Made by a program: the position numbers and the translations under genes
In this document: piece after piece, positions 46,777 to 55,250 of the stretch
Numbering within the stretch: the first letter of the stretch is position 1
Layout of the letters: each line of letters begins with the position of its first letter
The notes under the pieces: generated by a model
Told to the model about the DNA's origin: nothing
The model's input: the letters and a program-made list of their open reading frames with translations, nothing else
The model's database searches: none
NCBI GenBank assembly: GCA_964572965.1
Contig: CAZNHL010000007.1
Location: 21,620 to 85,619 of the forward strand
Origin: an uncultured Bifidobacteriaceae bacterium
GTDB taxonomy: Bacteria > Bacteroidota > Bacteroidia > Cytophagales > UBA9547
Direction of reading: 5' to 3'
Length of the DNA: 64,000 nucleotides

Positions 46777-47772
46777 ATGGAAACAACACATCCTTATCAG
46801 GTCCTCCTGTACTATTGCTATACACCAATAGCAAATCCCGAAGAATTCAGGGAACAACATCACTTATTTTGTCTTGAGCTAGGTCTCATGGGACGTATCA
46901 TTATTGCCGCCGAAGGCCTTAACGGTACTGTTTCAGGAACACCTGAGTCTTGTCAGAAATACATGGAAGCAGTAAAAGCTGATCCGCGTTTTGAGAAACT
47001 GGAGTTTAAAGTAGAAGGCGTAGACAAAATGGCTTTCCAGAAACTACACGTACGTGTGAAGTCTGAGATCGTTCATTCAAGCCTTGAGCATATCGATCCC
47101 AACCAGCGTACAGGTATTCATCTTGAGCCGGAGGAATTCAGGAAAATGAAAAATGAGGAAAACGTCGTATTGCTTGACGTACGTTCCAACTACGAAAGTA
47201 GCGTGGGACGTTTCAAGAATGCCATCACCATGGACATTGAAAACTTCCGCGATTTTCCTGAAAAAGTAAAAGAAATGACTGACCAGCTGAAAGGCAAGAA
47301 GGTCATTACTTACTGTACAGGTGGTATCAAATGCGAAAAAGCCAGCGCTTACCTGCTGGAGCAAGGCTTAGAAGATGTTTATCAGTTGCATGGGGGTATC
47401 ATTAAATATGGTATTGAAGCAGGAGGCGAAGACTTTGAAGGTAAATGTTATGTGTTCGACGGACGCGTAATAGCAGATGTGAATACGGTAAACCCAAGTG
47501 TTGTTTCTGAATGTTACGTTTGCGGAACCAAGTCAGACAGAATGATCAATTGTGCCAATCCGGAGTGTAATAACCATGTGCCAATGTGCGAAAAGTGTGG
47601 TTGGGAAATGGAGGGATCCTGTACTACAGAATGTAAAACACATCCAAGAAAGCGTGTTTATGATGGTACAGGATATTATCAGACAAGCCTTAATGGTTAC
47701 GATCCGACCATTGGTCTTTTCAGAAAGAAAGACGGCTCAAAGGTTAATAAGAATAGTTTAACTTTGAAATAA
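46777..47772 (+). CDS. trhO: Rhodanese-related sulfurtransferase / tRNA U34 hydroxylase (UPF0176, YceA/TrhO family)
   Basis: YQVLLYYCYTPI...GRIIIAAEGLNGTVSG, the rhodanese loop YCTGGIKCEKA and a Cys-rich C-terminus. Confidence 0.85.
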   Translation: METTHPYQVLLYYCYTPIANPEEFREQHHLFCLELGLMGRIIIAAEGLNGTVSGTPESCQKYMEAVKADPRFEKLEFKVEGVDKMAFQKLHVRVKSEIVHSSLEHIDPNQRTGIHLEPEEFRKMKNEENVVLLDVRSNYESSVGRFKNAITMDIENFRDFPEKVKEMTDQLKGKKVITYCTGGIKCEKASAYLLEQGLEDVYQLHGGIIKYGIEAGGEDFEGKCYVFDGRVIADVNTVNPSVVSECYVCGTKSDRMINCANPECNNHVPMCEKCGWEMEGSCTTECKTHPRKRVYDGTGYYQTSLNGYDPTIGLFRKKDGSKVNKNSLTLK

Positions 47773-47784
47773 ATCATAAACAGA

Positions 47785-48429
47785 GTGAAGATTTTTAACG
47801 AAACTGTAGCTGCCGAGGTAGCAAAGAAATTACTGGAAGTAGAAGCTGTAAAGCTGAGTCCTGCTGCGCCTTTCAAATGGGCTTCAGGATGGAACTCTCC
47901 GATTTACTGTGACAACCGTTATACTTTGTCATTCCCGTCAGTACGAACTTACATCAAAGATCAGATGGCCGCTGCCATCAAGGCTAATTTCCCTGGGGCA
48001 GAAGCAGTAGCGGGCGTAGCCACAGCAGGTATCCCACAAGGAGCTTTGCTGGCTGAAGTACTTGAATTGCCTTTCATCTATGTGCGTCCGAAACCAAAAG
48101 ATCACGGCATGCAAAACCTGATCGAAGGTAAAGTAACCAAAGGTCAGAAAGTAGTAGTAATCGAAGACTTGATTTCTACAGGCGGAAGCTCACTGAAAGC
48201 TGTAGAAGCATTGAAAGATGCAGGTTTTGAAGTATTGGGCATGGTGGCTATTTTCACTTATGGTTTCCCGGTAGCTGACGAAAACTTCGACAAGGCAGGC
48301 GTAAAACTGGTTTGTCTGAGCAACTATAATGCATTGATTCCGACAGCAGAAAAGCTGGGATACGTAAAACAAGACCAATTAACTTCACTGGCTTCATGGA
48401 GAGAAAATCCGGCCGAATGGGGCAAATAG
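47785..48429 (+). CDS. pyrE: Orotate phosphoribosyltransferase
   Basis: FKWASGWNSPIYCDNR and the PRPP loop VVVIEDLISTGGSS. GTG start. Confidence 0.93.
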   Translation: MKIFNETVAAEVAKKLLEVEAVKLSPAAPFKWASGWNSPIYCDNRYTLSFPSVRTYIKDQMAAAIKANFPGAEAVAGVATAGIPQGALLAEVLELPFIYVRPKPKDHGMQNLIEGKVTKGQKVVVIEDLISTGGSSLKAVEALKDAGFEVLGMVAIFTYGFPVADENFDKAGVKLVCLSNYNALIPTAEKLGYVKQDQLTSLASWRENPAEWGK

Positions 48430-48477
48430 TAATTGGTGGATAGCCACGGGTTTCAACCCGTAGTCAAAATTGTGATT

Positions 48478-48515
48478 ACCGAAGCCTTCGCTCTAAGCGA
48501 AGGCTTCGGTTTTTT
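48478..48515 (+). terminator. Strong intrinsic terminator after pyrE
   Basis: 15-bp perfect stem ACCGAAGCCTTCGCT-cta-AGCGAAGGCTTCGGT followed by TTTTT. Confidence 0.92.
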
Positions 48516-48666
48516 ATGGGGCCGCTACGCTACGCTGTGAAGGCTTGTGTCCCAGAACAGGCATCGGAAGGCAACCAACTTGGGGGGCAGTTTTGATGGT
48601 TTACAAAGAAAATTTGTAAAGAAATTTCATATTAGTAATATTGAAACCTGTTTTATACTCCAAACT

Positions 48667-49557
48667 GTGCGATACGTTAAGCTGTTTTTGTTATTTCTGA
48701 TAAGTTATTCCGGATTATCCCAAAGCCAGGCCATCTCTATTCGTAAAATGGAAGGGCTCTGGATACAGGAAGATTTTTATAAATCATTCAATAAGACGAG
48801 AAGTATTACCGCATCAAAACATGCATTCATCCCTGAGTTGCCGGTAGGTCTGAGAATAAACTTGCAGGAAGTAGAGGATAGTGTCTTGAATATCGGTTAT
48901 GCTGTTTTGCATGATCATATGACTCACCCAGAGGTTTCCAAGTACTTGGTGCAGGGAAAAGATAAATTTTCGGAACAGGGCCACTTATCGGTAGATTTAA
49001 GAAAAACACATGGCAACCTGCCCCTGAATGTAGGGTATATTATGTACTTTAATGACGACAGCGGTACTTCTGTATTGCAGGCTAAGATAATAGGTAAGGA
49101 TACTGTCTTGGTACTCACTAATGAATTTTCTGGCTCTGTCAAGTATAAGAAATTTAAAGAAATTGATCCTGCTTCCCCATATGCCAATCCGCTTTATTAT
49201 TATACCAGGAACAAGGTGCTGGAAGGAGAATACCAGTTAATGTCAGCGGAACATAAGCTGCTTAGTTCCGCTGTGCTTATTCAATGTAATGGCTCTGTCT
49301 CGGGTTATAAAGACGTTGAAAATAAGAAAATATATTACTCAACAGATATCTATTGCGGAATGCCAATCTATCACGATGTGGTAATGATTTGCCGGTATCC
49401 TGTGGAAAATTACCTCCAAATGGTCTGTGATGTATATATAGTGAAGAGAAATGCTAAAGGAGACCTGACTTTTTATGAATACAACTGGGATGATGAAATA
49501 GCTCTTAATTTTAACAAAAAGAAGAAGGTAAAGTATGTTTTGAAGAGAATGAAGTAG
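48667..49557 (+). CDS. Hypothetical secreted protein
   Basis: An in-frame GTG at 48667 gives a signal-peptide-like MRYVKLFLLFLISYSGLSQSQA. The track start at 48547 adds a basic, non-hydrophobic leader that I consider unlikely. No family recognised. Confidence 0.55.
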   Translation: MRYVKLFLLFLISYSGLSQSQAISIRKMEGLWIQEDFYKSFNKTRSITASKHAFIPELPVGLRINLQEVEDSVLNIGYAVLHDHMTHPEVSKYLVQGKDKFSEQGHLSVDLRKTHGNLPLNVGYIMYFNDDSGTSVLQAKIIGKDTVLVLTNEFSGSVKYKKFKEIDPASPYANPLYYYTRNKVLEGEYQLMSAEHKLLSSAVLIQCNGSVSGYKDVENKKIYYSTDIYCGMPIYHDVVMICRYPVENYLQMVCDVYIVKRNAKGDLTFYEYNWDDEIALNFNKKKKVKYVLKRMK

Positions 49558-49575
49558 ATTTATTGAATCAAAATA

Positions 49576-50157
49576 ATGGTAAATAAACTGATTGATTATT
49601 TTTTGAAAATTACACCTTTGACTTCTGATGAACAGGAGTCACTCGTAGCCAGCATGCTTGTAAAGAGTTTTAAGAGCGGAGATTTTATTTTGAAAGAGGG
49701 GCAGAGAAGTGCCGATACTTTTTTTGTGCTGGAAGGTTTAGCCAGACAATATAAACTTATAGGTGGAGAAGAAATAACAACTGCTTTTTATAAGGAAGGT
49801 CAATGGATAATCTCTTTGTTGAGTTTTACTGAGAACCCGGTATGTCAGGAAAACTTAATTTGCATTGAAGATACCACGATTGTAGTAGGTAATGAACAAA
49901 AGGCTCAGGAGCTTTTTAGCCTGTATCCGCGATTTGAGACTATTTCAAGAGTAGTCATGGAAACCGTTTTTTATGAACAACAGCAGCGGCTGAATGCTTA
50001 TTTAACAGACAGTCCGGAGAAAAGATACCTGGCGCTTCTTGAAACTCAGCCGGATATTCTTCAGAGAGTGCCACAATACCAGATAGCTAGCTATATCGGT
50101 ATTAAACCCGAATCTTTGAGCAGAATCAGAAAGCGGATAAGCAATAAATCCTCATAA
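49576..50157 (+). CDS. Crp/Fnr-family transcriptional regulator
   Basis: 193 aa with a cNMP-binding beta-roll pattern and a C-terminal HTH (QIASYIGIKPESLSRIRK). Confidence 0.85.
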   Translation: MVNKLIDYFLKITPLTSDEQESLVASMLVKSFKSGDFILKEGQRSADTFFVLEGLARQYKLIGGEEITTAFYKEGQWIISLLSFTENPVCQENLICIEDTTIVVGNEQKAQELFSLYPRFETISRVVMETVFYEQQQRLNAYLTDSPEKRYLALLETQPDILQRVPQYQIASYIGIKPESLSRIRKRISNKSS

Positions 50158-50355
50158 TTGAGTATCCGTTTCAGCACACCTTAGCTGATCCGTTTAACCA
50201 GAGATTCTGAATTTTACCTGCTAATTTCCCTGATAGTGCAGATTGATTGTTAAATTTTCAGGGTTTGCAGAACCTGAGTTTTAAATCCTAATCTGCGAAA
50301 TTCTACGTTATCTGCGGGGAAACACAATAAGGTTCATAAAAGCGGATAGTCATTT
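50158..50355 (+). repeat. Intergenic repeat family, copy C (198 bp, longest)
   Basis: It starts at the nucleotide after the crp stop codon. The 13-bp terminal inverted repeats TGAGTATCCGTTT / AAGCGGATAGTCA match at 11 of 13 positions. The core is CTGCGAAATTCTACGTTATCTGCGGGG. Confidence 0.8.
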
Positions 50356-50371
50356 CCTGATATTTATTCTA

Positions 50372-50995
50372 CTATTTGCCCTGGTTTATAAAAAGTACTT
50401 TATAATCAGAAGGGATTTCATACCCTTTGAAATGATTTGTCATACCCAGGAATGCAAAAAAGGTAAAGACTACTCCAAATAGGAGTATAATTTTCGATTG
50501 CTGTGAAACTGACAGGCCCAATAATTCCGAGGTCATTTTTTTGTTGTGAATGGAAGCAATATGCCCGAAAAAAGAAATGATTGCCAGAGCATAATAAGGG
50601 ATAAAGAACAGGTTTTCTGGAAAGTAATTTAGTCCGGCTACTCCGAAATACAGGTTAGTATCGAGATGTAGTAAATATCTGCCTGCGAATACAGCACTTA
50701 TGTGAATCAGAAGAAACACGCTAAGATATAGCCCTGTCAGAATTTGTAGTTTTTCAAAAAAAGAGATTGCGTTCTTTTTTGCAATAAACAGAAGCTTAAA
50801 CCCGGATATGATTTGGATAATAACAACGAGAAGTAACAGGCTTTCGATGAAAATATTCCTGTAAATTTTTCTTAGAACAGCCATAAGTTCAATGTGGGTA
50901 TCAGCACCTGAAATGCTGATTGCATGATTGAACAAATGTAATCCGATAAAGATGGTTAAAATTAAGCCGGATAAGTAGTGCCAACGTCTGTACAT
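50372..50995 (-). CDS. Polytopic membrane protein with conserved-looking His residues (cytochrome b / SdhC-like?)
   Basis: 207 aa with about 5 TM segments. His residues lie in TM1 (GLHLFNH), TM3 (LIHIS) and TM4 (FGHIASIH). The family assignment is tentative. Confidence 0.45.
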   Translation of the reverse strand: MYRRWHYLSGLILTIFIGLHLFNHAISISGADTHIELMAVLRKIYRNIFIESLLLLVVIIQIISGFKLLFIAKKNAISFFEKLQILTGLYLSVFLLIHISAVFAGRYLLHLDTNLYFGVAGLNYFPENLFFIPYYALAIISFFGHIASIHNKKMTSELLGLSVSQQSKIILLFGVVFTFFAFLGMTNHFKGYEIPSDYKVLFINQGK

Positions 50996-50997
50996 GC

Positions 50998-51654
50998 TTA
51001 AAGATTTTTATTGAAAGATTTAAAAATGAATAAAAGGCAGAGAGACAATTCAAATATACCGCCAGGTATTGAAAATATTAAACCCCAAGGGTAACCAGTC
51101 AGCTCCAGAATTGTACCTGATATAAATATCCCGTATCCTGCATACCCACATCTGGCAAAATTAGCAGGAACAAGTTTTGATACATAAAGGAGGTAGCAAA
51201 AGAACAAACCCCCAAGCCCCCAGATAGCCATTCCTATTTGGTAAAAGTAAAAATTTACGTTTCTGATAATGTTTATCAACATTAAAAATGCTTCCTGGTC
51301 ATATTGGGCGATTTCATTAAACTTTATGCTGATTGGGATAGAGGTAAGCAAAAATACCCCTCCTATGGAGAGCATCAGGGTACTTATAAGACCCAAAATA
51401 AGATAGTAGCCGGAAAGGTAAATATTAATGCGTTTTAGCGTGTTGAACATTACAGAAAGAAGAATGACATTGAAAACGGTATGGAGAAATGTAATAAGCA
51501 GGCCACCAATAATTATTTCTGTTTTTTGAGCTAATATATATGCAGCTGTCGCATTGGGAGTGTTGACTACCTCCATAAGCGAGGAGCCTATACCATAGCT
51601 TAAAAATGATAAGATGAATGTGATACTGAAAGTTTTTGCTAATGTCTTATTCAT
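50998..51654 (-). CDS. DUF4386-like membrane protein
   Basis: The MNKTLAKTF start at 51654 is preferred over the track start at 51684. About 6 TM segments. Confidence 0.55.
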   Translation of the reverse strand: MNKTLAKTFSITFILSFLSYGIGSSLMEVVNTPNATAAYILAQKTEIIIGGLLITFLHTVFNVILLSVMFNTLKRINIYLSGYYLILGLISTLMLSIGGVFLLTSIPISIKFNEIAQYDQEAFLMLINIIRNVNFYFYQIGMAIWGLGGLFFCYLLYVSKLVPANFARCGYAGYGIFISGTILELTGYPWGLIFSIPGGIFELSLCLLFIFKSFNKNL

Positions 51655-51799
51655 TTTTGTAAGTTTATTGCCGGTACAAAGCAAGCAATATGAAGCTTAT
51701 CAGACATTGACTTTGGTTAAGAAATAACATCAATGATTTATTAATTATAAATGGATATGGGTAAAATACATATTCTACACAAAGCGGATAACTATCAAA

Positions 51800-52150
51800 A
51801 TGGAAAAGCACAGAATATTTACCACGTCGTTTGCGAGTGTTTATCCGCACTATATTACCAAAGCGGAGAAGAAAAACCGTACAAAAGCAGAGGTTGATGA
51901 AATTATCTGCTGGCTAACGGGATATAGTGAAGAGGAATTACAGCATCATATAGATTTAAAGACAGGTTTTGAAACATTCTTTGCAGAAGCCCCGCAATTA
52001 AATCCCAATGTTTCAAAGATTACGGGTGTTATTTGCGGTTACCGGGTAGAAGAAATTGAAGACAAACTCATGCAGAAGATCCGTTACATGGATAAGCTGA
52101 TAGATGAACTGGCCAAGGGAAAGGCAATGGAGAAAATTTTAAGGAAGTAA
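51800..52150 (+). CDS. DUF2200 family protein
   Basis: 116 aa with [36 protein letters not shown]. Confidence 0.75.
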   Translation: MEKHRIFTTSFASVYPHYITKAEKKNRTKAEVDEIICWLTGYSEEELQHHIDLKTGFETFFAEAPQLNPNVSKITGVICGYRVEEIEDKLMQKIRYMDKLIDELAKGKAMEKILRK

Positions 52151-52155
52151 CTACT

Positions 52156-52593
52156 ATGGACGCAAATAAAAAGGAAAGCAAGCCGATTGTTTTGACGGGC
52201 AATGAAGTATTCTATCATGGTACCAAAGCAGATTTGAAGCAAGGTGATTTGATTGGTCCCGGATTCAGTTCTAATTATGGTCAAAGAAAGTAAGCAATCT
52301 ATGTGTACCTGACTGAAACGATGGAGGCTGCTACCTGGGGAGCGGAACTTGCTGTTGGTGACGGTCGTGGCAGGATTTATATAGTAGAGCCGACCGGATC
52401 AATTGAAGATGACCCTAATCTGACGGATAAGAAATTTCCGGGTAACCCGACAAAGTTATACCGCTCTAAAAGCCCGTTTCGTGTCGTAGGCGAGGTGAAG
52501 GACTGGCAGGGACATTCTCCTGAACAGCTTAAAACGATGATGGATAATCTGGAAAGGTTGAAACAAATGGGGATTGAAGCAATAGAAGATTAG
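52156..52593 (+). pseudogene. arr: NAD+--rifampin ADP-ribosyltransferase (Arr) with an in-frame TAA at 52291..52293
   Basis: The 145-codon frame is colinear with Arr (FYHGTKADLKQGDL...SNYGQRK*AIYVYLTETMEAATWGAELA...RIYIVEPTG..EDDPNLTDKKFPGNPT). A single stop splits it into 45-aa and 96-aa pieces. Confidence 0.85.
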
Positions 52594-52789
52594 TTAGGGA
52601 TGTTTCAAGCGAACCTCTAAACCCGCCTCCGACTTGTGCTTTAAACTGGCAGGTAAAGCTAATGGAGGATGGGGCATACATAATTAAGACAACCTTCGAA
52701 AAATTCAGGTACCATATTGAAGGTTGCTGAGCTTGTTGAAGCATACATTAATAGAAAGATTTCGTTTATTTGAGTAACAGACTGTTACT

Positions 52790-53539
52790 ATGCAAGAGCA
52801 GATTCAATATCATATCATTAATCCGACTGATCCGCTTTTCCCTTATGTCTGGTATTTCTGGCAAATAGACAACCGTAATGGGGGAGAACAGGAGGTGGTG
52901 ATTTTGCCTGACGGGTGTTTTGATATTATTTTTCATACTTCCGGTAAAGATAATTTCAGAGGCATCATGGCAGGGCTCACTACAGAGGCTGATAAGTCGA
53001 CGATAGATGCAAATACACTGATGTTCGGAATCGGTTTTAAGCTGCCTGCTGCTGAATATCTGTTCAGGAAACCTATTGCTGAATTGCTTGATACAGTAGC
53101 TGTTTTACCCGAAAACTTCTGGGATATTCATTTTGAAGAGATAGCAGATTTTTCGATGTTGTGTAATAAAGTGTATGAGCACCTGACGGTTTTACGTCCT
53201 GATGAAACGGAAGATAAAAAGATGAAGTTGTTTCAGGCAATATATACTTCAGAAGGGGATTTGTCGGTGGCTGATATTGCAGCACAATTGCATTGGAACA
53301 GCCGGCAGATCAATCGTTATTTTACCAGCTGGTTTGGGCTTTCCCTGAAGGCGTACTGCAATATTCTTCGCTATAGAGCATCTTTTAAGCAAATCAAAGA
53401 AGGCAAACTTTTTCCTGAGCAGAACTTCACAGATCAGGCACATTTTATTAAGACTGTCAGAAAATATTCCGGAGTAACCCCAAAAGAACTCGCGAAAAAT
53501 AACGGTGACCGATTTATACAATTTTCCAGGCTGCCCTAG
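52790..53539 (+). CDS. AraC-family transcriptional regulator
   Basis: 249 aa with a C-terminal double HTH (SRQINRYF...; FTDQAHFIKTVRKYSGVTPKE). Confidence 0.85.
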   Translation: MQEQIQYHIINPTDPLFPYVWYFWQIDNRNGGEQEVVILPDGCFDIIFHTSGKDNFRGIMAGLTTEADKSTIDANTLMFGIGFKLPAAEYLFRKPIAELLDTVAVLPENFWDIHFEEIADFSMLCNKVYEHLTVLRPDETEDKKMKLFQAIYTSEGDLSVADIAAQLHWNSRQINRYFTSWFGLSLKAYCNILRYRASFKQIKEGKLFPEQNFTDQAHFIKTVRKYSGVTPKELAKNNGDRFIQFSRLP

Positions 53540-53582
53540 TTATACCTTTGTCTTATTAATCAACGGTATAAATTTTTGAGAC

Positions 53583-54740
53583 ATGGAAAATTCAGTGATT
53601 AAAGACAAAAGAATAGCAATTGTTGGCGGTGGTCCGGCAGGGTTGACATTGGCAAGGCTCTTACAAATGAACGGAGCAAATGTTAAAGTATATGAAAGGG
53701 ATTATAACCGTGAAGTACGTGTACAGGGCGCAACACTTGATCTGCATGAAGAGTCGGGCCTTGAAGCCTTGCGAAGAGCCGGGCTGATAGATGCCTTCTA
53801 TGAAAACCATCGTCCGGAGGCAGGAAGGTTAGCCATTTTAGATAAACATCTTGAAGTTAAACAGGGGGCTCATTCTTCAGATGATTACGATGAACACCGC
53901 CCTGAAATTGACCGTGGGCCTCTCAGAAATATATTACTGGATTCGCTAAAGCCAGATACTGTTGTATGGGATAGCCAGTTTTCTTCGCTGATACCAAAGG
54001 GAGATTCATGGAGGATTGAATTTAAAAACGGAAGCCATACAGAAGCTGATTTAGTGATAGCCACTGATGGTGCCAATTCAAAAGTCCGTCCATATTTAAG
54101 TGATATTAAACCTGTTTATTCCGGTGTTACTATAGTAGAAGGGACTGTTTATCATGCAGAGGAAAATGCACCTACTTTACATAGGCTCTTGAATGGAGGG
54201 AAAATATTCGCTTTCGGAGATGAACAATCGTTGATTCTGAGTGCCAAAGGTGACGGAAACATGTCATTTTATACAGGTTGCAAGGTTGCAGCAGGCTGGG
54301 TGAGTGACAGTGGAATTGACTTTGCTGATAAGAAGCAGGTATTTGAATGGTTTAAACAGGCATTCGGTTCATGGAACACTGTTTATCAGGAATTGTTTCA
54401 GAGCGATGAAGTATCGTTTGTTCCAAGACCACAGTATCATTTTCCGTTGGATCAGTCATGGGAGACATTGCCAAATCTGACCATGATAGGAGATGCTGCA
54501 CATCGCATGCCTCCTTATGCCGGAGAAGGAGTGAACATGGCCATGCAGGATGCTTTCGAGCTAAGCGAATGTCTGCTTAACAGTCAGTTTAAAGATATCA
54601 GTTCTGCCATTCATCATTTTGAACGAAGTATGTGCAAAAGAGCTTCCGAAGTTACCAAAATGACTTTAGTCTCCACAGAAATGCTGCACGCTGAAGGAGC
54701 AGCTGAGAACTTGATTAAGCTATTTAACGATGTAGCTTAG
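53583..54740 (+). CDS. FAD-dependent monooxygenase, TetX / tetracycline-destructase-like
   Basis: 385 aa with IAIVGGGPAGLTLARLLQ..G..V.VYERD, TLDLH, DGANSKVR and GDAAHRMPPYAGEGVNMAMQDA. It is colinear with TetX as I recall that sequence. Confidence 0.75.
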   Translation: MENSVIKDKRIAIVGGGPAGLTLARLLQMNGANVKVYERDYNREVRVQGATLDLHEESGLEALRRAGLIDAFYENHRPEAGRLAILDKHLEVKQGAHSSDDYDEHRPEIDRGPLRNILLDSLKPDTVVWDSQFSSLIPKGDSWRIEFKNGSHTEADLVIATDGANSKVRPYLSDIKPVYSGVTIVEGTVYHAEENAPTLHRLLNGGKIFAFGDEQSLILSAKGDGNMSFYTGCKVAAGWVSDSGIDFADKKQVFEWFKQAFGSWNTVYQELFQSDEVSFVPRPQYHFPLDQSWETLPNLTMIGDAAHRMPPYAGEGVNMAMQDAFELSECLLNSQFKDISSAIHHFERSMCKRASEVTKMTLVSTEMLHAEGAAENLIKLFNDVA

Positions 54741-54767
54741 CTGGCGGGGCTAAGATGGAAGTTGACA

Positions 54768-55241
54768 TCAGGTGCGCTGATCTCGTATCTTTTCCAGTTC
54801 AATTATATCAATTAAATCTTTAGGTCTTGCGGCTTGTTTTTTTGCTTCAATTAAATGGTTAATATGTAAAAAATGAATAGGTAAATCGTAGATAACGGCC
54901 AATGATGACTCATTATAACATTCCTCAAATGAAGTTTGAGGAAAGCCTTTTAGAAAGGTCATAATATCAAGGTCGATACCGGAGTTTAATGTGATTGAAG
55001 ACCAGCCAGGTACAAATTCCATCGTTTCAATCATGCCCATTTCCATTTCTTCACTCTTCTCAAGTGCCAGTCTTAGGTTTTTTCTGTTTTCTAAGGAATC
55101 TTCTATCCATATATCGCAATCCGCTGTAGTCCTTGAAAATCCGTGAAGGTTAGTAGCGAAGCCACCAACCATAATATATCTTACATTAAACTCATACAGA
55201 TACTGCCATAACTTTAATAAACCTTCGTCAAGAATATCCAT
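54768..55241 (-). CDS. Minimal nucleotidyltransferase-fold protein
   Basis: 157 aa with MVGGFATNLHG...TADCDIWI (a GG...DxD NTase signature). Confidence 0.55.
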   Translation of the reverse strand: MDILDEGLLKLWQYLYEFNVRYIMVGGFATNLHGFSRTTADCDIWIEDSLENRKNLRLALEKSEEMEMGMIETMEFVPGWSSITLNSGIDLDIMTFLKGFPQTSFEECYNESSLAVIYDLPIHFLHINHLIEAKKQAARPKDLIDIIELEKIRDQRT

Positions 55242-55250
55242 AATTGCTGC

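Noticed and set aside
46553-46863. Track ORFs 46553..46831+ and 46621..46863- in the lipoprotein/trhO divergent region.
   Set aside because: They overlap each other and the start of trhO. They have non-ATG or weak starts and junk-like sequence, and the region is better explained as promoter plus a repeat remnant.
48547-48666. Track start at 48547 for the hypothetical protein, adding MSQNRHRKATNLGGSFDG...
   Set aside because: The GTG at 48667 yields a typical signal peptide, whereas the upstream 40 aa are basic and non-hydrophobic. They also overlap the palindrome and likely promoter region. This remains uncertain without experimental data.
51782-51796. GCGGATAAC in AAGCGGATAACTATC, which resembles part of the E. 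coli lac operator.
   Set aside because: This is a coincidental short match in an unrelated phylum with no LacI-family gene nearby. It is more plausibly related to the local AAGCGGATA repeat-end motif.
52594-52789. Slightly GC-richer spacer between arr and araC, with a short open frame (...DLCFKLAGKANGGWGIHN*) and the track ORF 52529..52744-. Considered as a gene remnant or sRNA.
   Set aside because: I recognised no family motif, convincing start or terminator. One modest hairpin (CAACCTTC...GAAGGTTG) is not enough to call a feature.
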